DNA of 64,000 nucleotides from a virus (taxonomy: Duplodnaviria; Caudoviricetes), in IMG/VR virus record IMGVR_UViG_3300026549_000050, positions 1-64,000 of that record; one strand, 5' to 3'. A program made the position numbers and the translations under genes. The notes below the pieces were generated by a model that ran no database searches, was not told the DNA's origin, and saw only the letters and a list, made by a program, of their open reading frames with translations. Positions within the stretch are counted from its first letter, which is position 1, and each line of letters starts with the position of its first letter. Of this stretch, positions 39,911-50,549 are shown piece after piece.

Positions 39911-40273
39911 TTTGTTCACCTCATTTCGTTTGCTTTATCTTATGTCTTAATTATATTCATTTATAAAACAATGTCAATAACTTTTACATTAAAAATAGAT
40001 TAAAAATAAATTAATTTTTAGTTTCGGGAAGTGTACCCGCCACGTCAAAAAGTTAAGGAACTCTAACTATTTAGATTTTTCTCTGAAAATACACGCGCGC
40101 GATATAATACAGTTTAAAAAAGTTAGATATATCTAACTGCTATATAGGGGGTATGTTTGCGGAAAATTAAAAAAACGTTTGTTCGAATTTGACCGAGCCT
40201 GGAACACAAACCCCACGAAATAAAAAATCCATTTTATAATAAAAAAAGAGGGCCCAAACCCTCTCTTCTCTAC

Positions 40274-40621
40274 CTATACGTAATATGCTTTCCTTTTTCC
40301 TTTTCCTTTGACCTTAACGTCCGTCGAATTAATCCTCCCTGCCTTTATCAAATTCGTACATATGGCAGTTAATCTCTGTCTCGTCAACTCGACTCCTAAC
40401 TTCTCCATCAAGTCTTCAACCTGGATTGGTTCCTCCGTTAAAACCTCTACAATTTTTTCCTCTAATACCTTATTTTCGTTGTAGTGGTCCGTCGATCTTG
40501 CCTTCTCTAACGCCTTCGCGCTCGCAACATCCAACTTCTTCAATTCTTCCTTACATTCGGCGATTAACTCCTCTGTAATTTCTCCATTAATAACGGCTTC
40601 TAATCTTTGTCTACGTGTCAT
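40274..40621 (-). CDS. Winged-helix protein, paralogue 4 (divergent)
   Basis: INGEITEELIA...LTRQRLTAICTNLI...KVKGKGKRKAYYV. Confidence 0.7.
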   Translation of the reverse strand: MTRRQRLEAVINGEITEELIAECKEELKKLDVASAKALEKARSTDHYNENKVLEEKIVEVLTEEPIQVEDLMEKLGVELTRQRLTAICTNLIKAGRINSTDVKVKGKGKRKAYYV

Positions 40622-41030
40622 TTATTTGACCTCCTTAATTTTTAAAAGCTTTATGAATATTATTAACAGTAGTAACTGTTTTACTAATTGCGGTGTATGT
40701 GGTGGTTAATATGGTTATTAAAACATATCCAAAAAAACAAGTTCCAACAATAGTGCCTATGAACTCTGCCATTATTTTTTCTCCTTTCTTTTTTCTAATT
40801 ATAGTATAATTGATTTTTGAAAAAAAGTCAAATTTTTAAATTGAATAGGTTGGACTTATTCGTGCGGCCGGTTCGTTAGTGCGCAGACGATGGCTCACTC
40901 GATGGCTCGGCCGCCACCAACATAAAACCTCTACATACAATCCGTGAAATTTTTACTCAACTTTTTTAAGTCCCAAAATTTGACTTCACTCCAAACCCCG
41001 TGGTATAATTAAGTTGTAGGAGGAAAACTA

Positions 41031-42356
41031 ATGAAAAATAGATTGAAACTTGACTTTGGATTGGAAACTGCGCAAGAACGTGCCAGTTTCATTGAAACAT
41101 ATATAGTGCAATTTCCAGACTTGACTGCGGCTGAAGCCGAGACTATCGCGAACTATCTGCTCTGGGGAAAAACGAAAAGCGGCGAACCACTCGGCGCCGA
41201 TGTTGGATTGGAGACGAAATGGACGAAGAAGGACGATATAGATAGTTTGGATTCGCTTTTAGAGTCGCAGACTTTTAACGATTTACAGATACATGGACTG
41301 AATGATGCTCCGGTTTATAAGAAGCCGAGGAATGTATTTTCGAGAAGTAGAGTTAGAAAGAGTGCGCCGGAGCATTTGTTGAAGGTTTTTGAGGAACTGT
41401 GGAGAGTTATTGATGAGACGGATTTGGTTATTAATTATTATGAGTTGAAGATTGGGAAGAGGATAAATCCGCCAAGAGAGGAGTTGTTGGAGAGGTTTAC
41501 AGAAGAAGAACAAGAACAACTTAAAGAAAGAGCTAATCATTTGAATCAGTATAGTTATTTAAAACAGAGGCATTACTTGGTGGAGAAAAGGAAGGAACAA
41601 TTTACACTTCAGGACTCGTATATGCCGACAATTGGCGCTTTTGGTAAAGCGCCGTCGCATTATTCACCTATTTTACCGATTTTTGGAGAGAATATAGAGG
41701 TATTGCCGCTGGGGTTGAATGAAGGACCTACTGCAGGATTGATTTTTAGAGAAGATTTTGACCCGAAGAGGTTTAGCGAAAAGGATTTGCAAGCAATTTC
41801 AAAGTTAGTTAATCGGAAGATTGACGCGGAGAAGAAAGACGATAAGAAGAAGATTGATTTCAGAGATGCAGAGACAATTTATCAGTTGTATTTGTTTGAG
41901 GATGAATTGGAAAATCAGATTGAGGAAGAGAAAGAAGCACATTATGGAGAGAGCAATCTGCCGGGATTGTTAGCGACTCTGAAGTTTTACGAGAGAATTG
42001 CAGATTTGACGGATATACAACGCGAGATTTTGAAGATGAAGGAAGAACATATGAAGAATCAGGACATAGCGGGGTATATTAATAAGAAATATGGAAAGAG
42101 TTATACAGCGAACTATATAAGTACTATATTTAAGCAAAAGATTATTGTGAAAATTGTCGAGGCTGCGGCGCTTCATAGAGATACGATTGAGAACTGTTTC
42201 TTTGAAGAGAACTTTAAGGCTTGTAGTTGCTGTGGTAAGATTTTACTTTTAGATAGTAGAAATTGGATTAGAAAGGCTAGAAGTAAAGATGGTTTTCAAA
42301 ATAGATGTAAAATTTGTGAAAGGGAAATGAGAAAGAAAAAGAAGGAGGGTAATTAG
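41031..42356 (+). CDS. Hypothetical protein with C-terminal HTH and Zn finger (possible late regulator)
   Basis: LTDIQREILKMK...NQDIAGYINKKYG...ANYISTI; CSCC...CKIC; promoter 40980-41009. Confidence 0.6.
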   Translation: MKNRLKLDFGLETAQERASFIETYIVQFPDLTAAEAETIANYLLWGKTKSGEPLGADVGLETKWTKKDDIDSLDSLLESQTFNDLQIHGLNDAPVYKKPRNVFSRSRVRKSAPEHLLKVFEELWRVIDETDLVINYYELKIGKRINPPREELLERFTEEEQEQLKERANHLNQYSYLKQRHYLVEKRKEQFTLQDSYMPTIGAFGKAPSHYSPILPIFGENIEVLPLGLNEGPTAGLIFREDFDPKRFSEKDLQAISKLVNRKIDAEKKDDKKKIDFRDAETIYQLYLFEDELENQIEEEKEAHYGESNLPGLLATLKFYERIADLTDIQREILKMKEEHMKNQDIAGYINKKYGKSYTANYISTIFKQKIIVKIVEAAALHRDTIENCFFEENFKACSCCGKILLLDSRNWIRKARSKDGFQNRCKICEREMRKKKKEGN

Positions 42357-42357
42357 A

Positions 42358-42657
42358 ATGGCCTTAAGAGAAGATAAAGCGGTTCGACTTATTAGAAAAG
42401 TTTTAGAGTTAGACCCGATTGAATTTTTAGGAATTTGTAAGATTTTAGGGGTTTCTATTTATGATACTGTTGTAGAGAATGGAGCAGTAGAATCCGTCGA
42501 GGGCGGCCGAGCGAAAGGAGTAGTCAACGCCTCTGTAACGGTAAGAAAATTTACTGATATTTGGAGTGATGTTTGCGACGCAATTGACGGATTAAATAGA
42601 GTACAAAAAAGAAATTTAGATAAATTGCTTAAGGCAGCAATAAAGAAGGAGAATTAA
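42358..42657 (+). CDS. Hypothetical protein
   Basis: Operon position; RBS ggagg. Confidence 0.65.
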   Translation: MALREDKAVRLIRKVLELDPIEFLGICKILGVSIYDTVVENGAVESVEGGRAKGVVNASVTVRKFTDIWSDVCDAIDGLNRVQKRNLDKLLKAAIKKEN

Positions 42658-42658
42658 T

Positions 42659-43657
42659 ATGGCACTTAATCCACAATTAGACATAGAATTAGATTTGAAG
42701 AAATGTAAATGTTGTGGGAGAAGTAGGACTAAATTAGAATTTCTGAAAAGTAAATCATTTATGTTTCCAAGTGGTGAAGTTGATGTATGCGCCAGATGCT
42801 TGGGAGAACGGATTAGTAATACGGATGAACAAGAACAATGGAATGTTATGAATAAGATATGTCAGTATTTGGATATTCCGTTTGAACCAAAACGTTTTGA
42901 AGAGTTGAGAGAAACTTCGCATACTGCGGCCGATTTATTAAAAGGTTATAATATGATTTACTTTTCAGAAGAATATGAAAGTGTTGATTGGACCGATTAT
43001 AATGAGGCTTATAAGGAGTTGTCCGCACTCGGCGGCCTAGCAGATGTGGTGCCAGGATTGGCGGATGAGGAGCGTAGAAAACTTCAAGAGAAATGGGGTT
43101 TTAACTATGATGAAGAAGCTTTGAATTATTTGGAAAAGCTTTATGATGGGTTGCTTTTAACTCAGAATATTAATGGCGCGCTACAGGGCGACCAAGCCTT
43201 AAAGATTTGTAAGATTTCTTATGAGATTGATAATAGAATTAGAGCTGGCGAAGATTTTGATAAGTTGTTGGCCTCTTATGATAAGCTGGTTAAAACTGGA
43301 GAGTTCACTCCGAAAAACGTAAAGAACGCAAGCGATTTTGAGTCGATGGGTGAATTATGTAGGTGGCTTGAAAAACGCGGTTTTGTTAATCAGTTTTATG
43401 ATGGAGAAACTCGCGATGTAGTTGATGAGACTATTAAGAATATTCAAAGCTGGAATCAACGCTTATATACTAATGAATCCAGTATTGGCGATGAGATTAC
43501 TCAACGTATTCAGGCTTTAAAGACTGCGGCAGAATTAGAAAATTATTATGACATTGACCCAGAGGTAGATGATTATGATAATTATGAAAACGAAGGCTTT
43601 GAAGAACTATTTAAAGATGAAGAGTTTTCTGCTGACTTGCCGGAAGGAGGTGAGTAA
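42659..43657 (+). CDS. Putative terminase small subunit (N-terminal Zn finger)
   Basis: CKCC...CARC; coupled directly to the large terminase. Confidence 0.5.
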   Translation: MALNPQLDIELDLKKCKCCGRSRTKLEFLKSKSFMFPSGEVDVCARCLGERISNTDEQEQWNVMNKICQYLDIPFEPKRFEELRETSHTAADLLKGYNMIYFSEEYESVDWTDYNEAYKELSALGGLADVVPGLADEERRKLQEKWGFNYDEEALNYLEKLYDGLLLTQNINGALQGDQALKICKISYEIDNRIRAGEDFDKLLASYDKLVKTGEFTPKNVKNASDFESMGELCRWLEKRGFVNQFYDGETRDVVDETIKNIQSWNQRLYTNESSIGDEITQRIQALKTAAELENYYDIDPEVDDYDNYENEGFEELFKDEEFSADLPEGGE

Positions 43658-45468
43658 TGCAAGAAAAACGAAAGAAAGTAATTCTTAGCAATCGTCAAGA
43701 ATTAATGAATGACGACTTCATTGAACGTGCAGAGCGCGCGGGCATAGAATTGGAGAAAGGCGCGGTTATTACTACTGAATATCTGGAAAGAAATTATGAA
43801 GACCTGTGTAAGTGGGTAAATTTATTCACTGCTTATCCAGATTACTATTTAGATATAATTAGACCAGCAGATTCTGAATTTAGTTTATTTTTCTATCAGA
43901 GATTTACACTGCGCGCGTTGATGAGATTTAAGGATGTATTTATTACTGCGCCGCGTGCGTTTTCAAAATCGTTCATTACAATATTAGCTCTTTTCTTACA
44001 ATGTGTATTTATTCCTGGTCGCAAAGTATTCATGTGTGCGAACACAAAACAACAGGCGGCGCAAATTACAAAAGAAAAGATTTATGAAATATACGACCAT
44101 TGGCCGCTTTTGAAGAAAGAAATAATCGGTTGGGAGTTAAGCGATTATCCGGGTAATTTTGGCAAAGATTACGTAACGCTTAAATTTAGAAATGGTTCGG
44201 TTTTTGACGTAGTGCTTGCTGGCGATGCTGCCCGTGGAGGGCGCCGGCACGGCGGAGAGATTGATGAGATAAGAGATGGCGATGAAGAATCTATTAACTC
44301 TGTAGTTATTCCTCTTGTAAACGTATCTCGTCGTTTACCAAACAATACCGTAAATGAAAAGGAACCAAACCAACAAATTATTGCTACAACTTCTGCAGGC
44401 AGTAAAACTTCTTTTGCATATGACCGTTTAATTGACACATTTGAAAATGCAATTATTGACCCACAACATTCTTTTATGTTTGGATGCGATTGGCGGCTGC
44501 CCGCCATGCATGGTTTGATTGATAAACAATATATTAATAAATTAAAAATGAGTCCGTCATATAATGCGGAGTCATTTGCTACTGAGTATTTATCTCTTTG
44601 GCAAGGTTCGAGCGAGGATGCATGGTTCTCATATGAGAAATTATCGAAATATAGAAAAATAAAGAATCCAGAAACGCACGCAATTAATAGACCCGATTCC
44701 GAACAATTCTACTTAATATCAGTAGACGTTGGCCGAATTTCGGACCAAACCGCAGTTAGCGTTTTTAGAGTTAATGTGGTTAAGAATAAATTTTATTCAA
44801 CTTTAGTAAATTTAATAGTGTTAGGCAGAACTCCACAAACCAAGCCATTTGCGGTTCAGGCGGTTGATTTGAAGAAAATAATTCAACAATTCAATCCGCG
44901 TGAGGTGGTAATAGATACGAATGGTTTGGGTGTAGGCTTGGCTGATGAAATGATTAAGCCACAATACGATGAGATGGGAAATGTACTGCCTGCCTATGGA
45001 TTTATCAATGATGATAACTATAAAAAAATTCAACCTAAAGATGCACCACAAATTCTTTATGGAATTAAAGCAAATGGACCATTGAATTCAAAAATTCACG
45101 GTAATTGCTATTCTCGTTTAACAAGCGGAATGGCGCGTTTTCTTATAAAAGAGCAAGAAGCAAAAAGTGCTTTATTGTCTACTAAAAAAGGTCAAAAAAT
45201 GACTGTGGAACAACGAGTTATACGTTTAATGCCACATGAGATGACCACTAAGTTATTTGAAGAGATGGCTAATTTACGTTTAAAGCGCACTGGCGCAAGT
45301 CTAGATATAGTTCTCGAACGAATTAATAGTCGTTTTCCAAAGGATAAATATTCAAGTTTTTCTTATGGATTGTGGCGCATTAAAGAGTTGGAAGAAGAAT
45401 ATTATAAAACTAGTCACCGTCGTCGCGCGGCCGGTCGTAAATTAGTATTTTTCTCAGGAGGAAGGTAA
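43657..45468 (+). CDS. Terminase large subunit
   Basis: APRAFSKS Walker A, GEIDE Walker B, TTSAG motif III, nuclease SVDVGR...IDTNGLG...KDKYSS. Confidence 0.9.
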   Translation: MQEKRKKVILSNRQELMNDDFIERAERAGIELEKGAVITTEYLERNYEDLCKWVNLFTAYPDYYLDIIRPADSEFSLFFYQRFTLRALMRFKDVFITAPRAFSKSFITILALFLQCVFIPGRKVFMCANTKQQAAQITKEKIYEIYDHWPLLKKEIIGWELSDYPGNFGKDYVTLKFRNGSVFDVVLAGDAARGGRRHGGEIDEIRDGDEESINSVVIPLVNVSRRLPNNTVNEKEPNQQIIATTSAGSKTSFAYDRLIDTFENAIIDPQHSFMFGCDWRLPAMHGLIDKQYINKLKMSPSYNAESFATEYLSLWQGSSEDAWFSYEKLSKYRKIKNPETHAINRPDSEQFYLISVDVGRISDQTAVSVFRVNVVKNKFYSTLVNLIVLGRTPQTKPFAVQAVDLKKIIQQFNPREVVIDTNGLGVGLADEMIKPQYDEMGNVLPAYGFINDDNYKKIQPKDAPQILYGIKANGPLNSKIHGNCYSRLTSGMARFLIKEQEAKSALLSTKKGQKMTVEQRVIRLMPHEMTTKLFEEMANLRLKRTGASLDIVLERINSRFPKDKYSSFSYGLWRIKELEEEYYKTSHRRRAAGRKLVFFSGGR

Positions 45469-46964
45469 TGAGTGAACAAGTTGTCAAAGAGCCAATTAAG
45501 ACTTTAGATTTGGTCTCTTTTACCAAAGCCATTAATGGGATGATTGCGAAGAATGATAAGTCTTATTCTTCCAGTACACGCTATGGCTATGATAGATATG
45601 AAAGGACAAAAGATTACACCTTAGAGGATGTAGAAAAAATAATTGATTCTGGTTCGCTCAGAGCACAGATAGTCCTTTCTCGATATTACTTTGATAGAGG
45701 CGGTTTTTATCAACGTTTGTTAATGCATTACGCCACTTTATTGAAATATACGGGTATACTAATTCCTAATCCAAGTTTTGGTAAAAATCTCTCCGAATCG
45801 TATATTTCAAAAAAGTATTACTATGCAACCGCTTTTATAGATGGCGCTAAGTTGCCAAAAGTATTTAACCATATAATGCTTCGTGCGCTACGCGACGGGT
45901 GCTATTATGGGGCGATACAATCAATTACTGATAAATCTATTTCAATTTTGGATTTGCCTGTGTATTTTTGTCGTTCACGCTTCAAAGATACAGAAGGTAA
46001 TGAAATAGTAGAGTTTAATGTTAAATATTTTGATACGATTGCTGAAGATGAGTATCGAAAGAAGGCATTAAATGCTTATCCAAAAGAGATTGCTAATTGG
46101 TACAAGAGATATCGCAATCGTACTGTTAAAAGCCCTTGGTGTTATTTATCACCTAATATTGGAATCTGTATTTCACTATTAGATGATGGTAGACCAATGT
46201 TTTTAAACATTATTCCTGCGGCGCTGGAATATGAAGATGCGAAAGATATTAACAGAGAGCGTGATTTAGAAGAAATTCGTAAGATTTTGGTTCAGAAAAT
46301 CCCACATCTATCCGATGGCGGATTATTATTTGAACCAGATGAAGCCCTTGAAATGCATAAGGGCGCAGTTGATATGATGAAAAAGAATGAAAACTTAAGC
46401 GTATTAACCACCTATGCTGACATTGACGCTGTAGTTTCAAAAACTTCTAATGACAATTCGTTAAACTCTGTAGACAAAGCATTGACGAATATTTATGCCG
46501 AGGCTGGTTCGAGTAGCCAATTGTTTGGTACAGATTCTAATCTGTCACTAAGCACTTCTATCACCAATGACATGGCGTTAGTTATGGTTATTGCGAAAAA
46601 GTTAGATAGCGTTATTACTTTTATCATTAATGAGCGTTTTGGTAATGCAAATATTAGTTTTAACTATAAAACTTTACCAATTTCTTACTACAATCAAAAA
46701 GAGTATGTAGAAACGAGTTTAAAAATGGCAAATTCTGGTTATAGTTTCTTATTACCTGCACTTGCCATGGATATATCTCAACGTGAATTAAACAATCTTA
46801 AAGATTTAGAAAATGATGTGTTAAAACTTAAGGAAAAACTTTTACCTTTGAGTACTTCCTATACAGAATCAGGAAACGTAGGACGTCCACAAAAGGACGC
46901 ACAGGATAAAAGTGCGAAAACAATAGCTAATGAAGAATCATTAGATAGAGGAGGTTCTCAATAA
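45468..46964 (+). CDS. Portal protein
   Basis: 498 aa directly after the terminase; C-terminal PLSTSYTESG..GRP. Confidence 0.75.
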   Translation: MSEQVVKEPIKTLDLVSFTKAINGMIAKNDKSYSSSTRYGYDRYERTKDYTLEDVEKIIDSGSLRAQIVLSRYYFDRGGFYQRLLMHYATLLKYTGILIPNPSFGKNLSESYISKKYYYATAFIDGAKLPKVFNHIMLRALRDGCYYGAIQSITDKSISILDLPVYFCRSRFKDTEGNEIVEFNVKYFDTIAEDEYRKKALNAYPKEIANWYKRYRNRTVKSPWCYLSPNIGICISLLDDGRPMFLNIIPAALEYEDAKDINRERDLEEIRKILVQKIPHLSDGGLLFEPDEALEMHKGAVDMMKKNENLSVLTTYADIDAVVSKTSNDNSLNSVDKALTNIYAEAGSSSQLFGTDSNLSLSTSITNDMALVMVIAKKLDSVITFIINERFGNANISFNYKTLPISYYNQKEYVETSLKMANSGYSFLLPALAMDISQRELNNLKDLENDVLKLKEKLLPLSTSYTESGNVGRPQKDAQDKSAKTIANEESLDRGGSQ

Positions 46965-48361
46965 TGGATAAAGAGAAAGATAATTTAGCTAAATTTTCTC
47001 TTTCTATTTATGGTGATATTACTAGCTATAACGAAGTTTTATCAAAAGCTAGATGTAGAATTTTTTATACTGGTGCTAACCGAAATGGTACTTACATTAC
47101 GGATGATTTCGCCACAAAGTTGGTTTCAACTTTACCATATGTTCCGGTTAAAGGAATTTATGACACAATGAAAGACGATTTCACCGACCATGGAAGAGAA
47201 CGATATGAAGGACGTATCTATGGTATTGTTCCAGAAAATCCAAATTTTGCATGGGAAAAACACCTTGACATAGATGGGGTAGAGAGGACTTACGCTTGCG
47301 CGGATGTCTTGCTCTTTACTGGTATTTATAAACAAGAAGCTTTTGATATAGTTCAGAAGGCCCAATCTATGGAACTGTTTGCTGACTCTATCGAGGGAGA
47401 ATGGCAGTTTATCAATGGAAAAAGATTTTTTGTTTTCACAGAAGGTCGTTTCCTTGGTCTACAAGCCTTAGGCGAGGACTATGAGCCTTGCTTTGAGGGC
47501 GCCGCCTTCTACACTCTTGTAGATTCAATTAAAACATTAGTAACAGATTTAGAAAATTCTGAAATTTTTCAAAAGCAAAACTTGGGAGGAGAAAAACATA
47601 TGAATTTTAAACTTTCTGATAATCAGAAGTATAATATGCTTTGGACTCTTTTAAATCCAAGATTTAATGAGGAAAATGAGTTTGTTATGGATTACGCTGT
47701 ATGCGATGTTTATGACGGCTATGCAGTTGTTTTTGGTTTTGAAAACGCTGCTTATGAAAGAGCATATTATACTAAAGATGACGAAACAGATTCTCTCTCC
47801 ATTGATAAGATGGAAGTATGCTATATCGTAGATGTAAATGACGAGGAAAAGCGTGCGCTTGAAGTTCTTCATGCTATGAATAGCAATACATATGAGAAAA
47901 TCGACGAAGTTGTAATTGGACTCCAAAATAATGTTAATGAATTTAGCACGAAAATTGAAGAGAACGAAGCTACAATTACGACTTTAGAACAGGATAAAGA
48001 AGCACTTACTGCTGAATTAACCGAAGCTACTAATAATTATACAACTGCTTTAGATACTATTAATACTTTAACCGCTGAAAACGAAGAGCTTCAAAACTTT
48101 AAGGCTGCATCTGAACTTCAAGAGAAAGAGGCAGTAATTGAGAAGTATACTTCTCTTCTTGAAGCAGGGGAACTTGAAACTTTCAAAGAGAATATTGATA
48201 ACTATACTAAAGAAGAGTTAGATAAGGAATTAGCTTTCGTCTTAGTTCAGACTAAGTCAACTATTTTTACCAATAATACAGATGGATTTGTTCCAAAAGA
48301 CGAGCCTAAACTTACTGGTTTAGAAATCGCTTTAGAGAAACAGAAAAATAAAAAGAAGTAA
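46964..48361 (+). CDS. Prohead protease / scaffold protein
   Basis: GANRNGTYI...AQSMEL...LGEDYEPCFEGA plus an acidic coiled-coil C-terminus. Confidence 0.7.
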   Translation: MDKEKDNLAKFSLSIYGDITSYNEVLSKARCRIFYTGANRNGTYITDDFATKLVSTLPYVPVKGIYDTMKDDFTDHGRERYEGRIYGIVPENPNFAWEKHLDIDGVERTYACADVLLFTGIYKQEAFDIVQKAQSMELFADSIEGEWQFINGKRFFVFTEGRFLGLQALGEDYEPCFEGAAFYTLVDSIKTLVTDLENSEIFQKQNLGGEKHMNFKLSDNQKYNMLWTLLNPRFNEENEFVMDYAVCDVYDGYAVVFGFENAAYERAYYTKDDETDSLSIDKMEVCYIVDVNDEEKRALEVLHAMNSNTYEKIDEVVIGLQNNVNEFSTKIEENEATITTLEQDKEALTAELTEATNNYTTALDTINTLTAENEELQNFKAASELQEKEAVIEKYTSLLEAGELETFKENIDNYTKEELDKELAFVLVQTKSTIFTNNTDGFVPKDEPKLTGLEIALEKQKNKKK

Positions 48362-48379
48362 TAAAACGGAGGATTTATT

Positions 48380-48922
48380 ATGGCTTTCAAAAGATTTGTA
48401 ATTGACGGCTATGGTCAATTAGAACTTAACCAAGTTGCCTTCCGTAGAAATGGTAGGGTAGAAGCTCAGTGCGCACTTGATGACACTGATTTTGCTAGTG
48501 TTCCTGCCGAGAACGGAATGTTACTTGCGGTAGATAGAGTCAATAGAAAGATTAAGTTCGCTACAGATGACTCTCTGCCAATCGCTCTGAATTATACAAC
48601 TGAGCATATGTATGATGAGAGAGCAAACGCTCTGAAAGATTTCAAGCTTGAACTCGGTGAGTTCTACCCAAGACTTGGATTCCTTTCCGTTGGAGAATTA
48701 TTTACAACAAATTGTATCGGCTATGATGCTGATTTTGCTGATGATGATGCAGTAAAGGAAGTAGACCTGACAACTACTGACGTATTTGGCGGCATTAGTG
48801 AGGAAGGCGCTATTCTTCTTACTAAGACTGCTCCAGAGGCTGGTCCGGTTCTCAAGGCTGTTGAGAAGACAACTATGCCAGATGGTCAGTTTGCATTTAA
48901 GTTCCAGGTATTAACTGCGTAA
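48380..48922 (+). CDS. Capsid-associated (decoration/cement-like) protein
   Basis: Between scaffold and major capsid protein; AENGMLL motif. Confidence 0.55.
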   Translation: MAFKRFVIDGYGQLELNQVAFRRNGRVEAQCALDDTDFASVPAENGMLLAVDRVNRKIKFATDDSLPIALNYTTEHMYDERANALKDFKLELGEFYPRLGFLSVGELFTTNCIGYDADFADDDAVKEVDLTTTDVFGGISEEGAILLTKTAPEAGPVLKAVEKTTMPDGQFAFKFQVLTA

Positions 48923-48939
48923 TTAGGGGGTAATGAATA

Positions 48940-49986
48940 ATGACTATTAAAGAAATGAAAGAATTAGCCCTTTGCGCGGCTAAGAATGAAGCTCCAGCTA
49001 ATTATTCTGTAGAGAACGTAAACGATGCGCTCGCTGAGGCTCTCCAGGAAATGGCTGGTTCTATCAATCAGTTCATGAAGAACAGATATGATATTTATGA
49101 GATTATCATCCAGACCGCTGATGAAATCGTTCCTAACAAGGTAATCGATGCAGTAGGTATCTTCGCAGACGTACAGCAAGTAGGTCAGGGACAGAAGGCT
49201 CTTTTCAGAACTTCTCTTGGAAAGAGTAGAGCTAAGAAGTTCCTCACTCAAGTAGGTCTGTCTGGAGTATATGAGTCATTCAGACTCGATAATGGTAGAT
49301 TCGAAGTTAGCGCTCATGCAATCGGTGGAGCTTGCTCTATTGATTTCGAGAGAATGCTTGATGGAGCAGAGACTATGTCTGATTACGTTGCTGTTCTTAC
49401 AGAGGCTCAGACAGATGCTGTATATCAAGAAGTTCAGAAGGCTCTTCGCGCTGCCGTTTCTAAGACTGGTGTTCCAGCTAACAACAGAGAGATTGCTAAC
49501 AACTTCGATGGTAATGCTATGATGAGACTTATCAGCACAGTTAGAGCTTATGGTTCAGCTGCTGTAATCTTTGCACCACCTGAGTTCGTTGCTGCTATGG
49601 GCGCTGATGCTATCGTTCCAGTTAGCGTTGGTACAGGCCAGGGTATCTATCACCCACAAGATATTGATGCTATTCACAACACTGGATACATCAATCTGTT
49701 CAGAGGAACTCCAATCGTTCAGATTCCTCAATCATTCATTGATGAGAACAACGTTGAGACTTGGATTGATCCACAACTCGCTTACATTCTGCCAACTGGT
49801 GGAGAGAAGGTTGTTAAGGTTGTATTCGAAGGTAACACACAAATGTGGGATTTCGTTAATGCAGACCAGTCCATGGAGATTCACACTTATAGAAAGCTCG
49901 GTACTGCTATTCTTACATATCATAACTGGGCTATCTATCAGAACACAGGAATTACACAGACTTATAAAGAAGTCTATAATGTTTAA
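48940..49986 (+). CDS. Major capsid protein
   Basis: 348 aa; position; strongly biased codons; followed by terminator-like hairpin 49995-50022. Confidence 0.8.
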   Translation: MTIKEMKELALCAAKNEAPANYSVENVNDALAEALQEMAGSINQFMKNRYDIYEIIIQTADEIVPNKVIDAVGIFADVQQVGQGQKALFRTSLGKSRAKKFLTQVGLSGVYESFRLDNGRFEVSAHAIGGACSIDFERMLDGAETMSDYVAVLTEAQTDAVYQEVQKALRAAVSKTGVPANNREIANNFDGNAMMRLISTVRAYGSAAVIFAPPEFVAAMGADAIVPVSVGTGQGIYHPQDIDAIHNTGYINLFRGTPIVQIPQSFIDENNVETWIDPQLAYILPTGGEKVVKVVFEGNTQMWDFVNADQSMEIHTYRKLGTAILTYHNWAIYQNTGITQTYKEVYNV

Positions 49987-50050
49987 TTTTTATAAGGGGA
50001 GGGGTATATCCCCTCCCTTATTTGCTTAAGGAGTTAAAAGGAGTAAAATT

Positions 50051-50539
50051 ATGGAAGACAAAGTTAAAGTTGTAAATTTAGTTTCTAGCAGAGTTAGTAT
50101 TAATGTACCGGATGTTAGACTCAGTAGAGTATGGGAAAAGAAAGGAGCAGTTAAAACTATTCCTTTTGATCAGCTTGAAGAAGCTATGTATGACCCTGGC
50201 GTAGAAGCTATGTTTAGAGATGGAATATTGGGTATTGAGGATATTAAGATTAAGCAAAAGCTGGGTCTTGAACCAGAAGATGTAACAGAGCCAGTTAATA
50301 TTATTATTCTTAATGACCAGCAAAGAAGACGTTATTTAACCGTTATGCCTTTCCCAGAGTTTAAGGCTAAAGTACAAGAGTTACCAGTTGAACAAATTAA
50401 GGAGCTGGCTTATTTTGCGATTCAAAACGAACTTATTGATTTTGAAAAGGATGAGCTTCTTAAGAAGATGGTAAATATTGATGTAGTTAAGTCTATTGAA
50501 CTGGAGAGAGCAGACAAAGAAGAAACTACTGATAAGTAA
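50051..50539 (+). CDS. Hypothetical virion morphogenesis protein
   Basis: Operon position. Confidence 0.6.
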   Translation: MEDKVKVVNLVSSRVSINVPDVRLSRVWEKKGAVKTIPFDQLEEAMYDPGVEAMFRDGILGIEDIKIKQKLGLEPEDVTEPVNIIILNDQQRRRYLTVMPFPEFKAKVQELPVEQIKELAYFAIQNELIDFEKDELLKKMVNIDVVKSIELERADKEETTDK

Positions 50540-50549
50540 GGAGTGACAC

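Larger units (their letters stand above)
30291..40184. promoter_or_regulatory. Dispersed Bacillota LexA/DinR (SOS)-type boxes GAAC-N4-GTTC
   Basis: Perfect at 30291, 30487, 30537, 30562, 31226, 32607, 33197, 34184, 34754, 36698, 37136, 38456, 38483; one mismatch at 30576, 30715, 31758, 37890, 39091, 40173. Confidence 0.75.
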
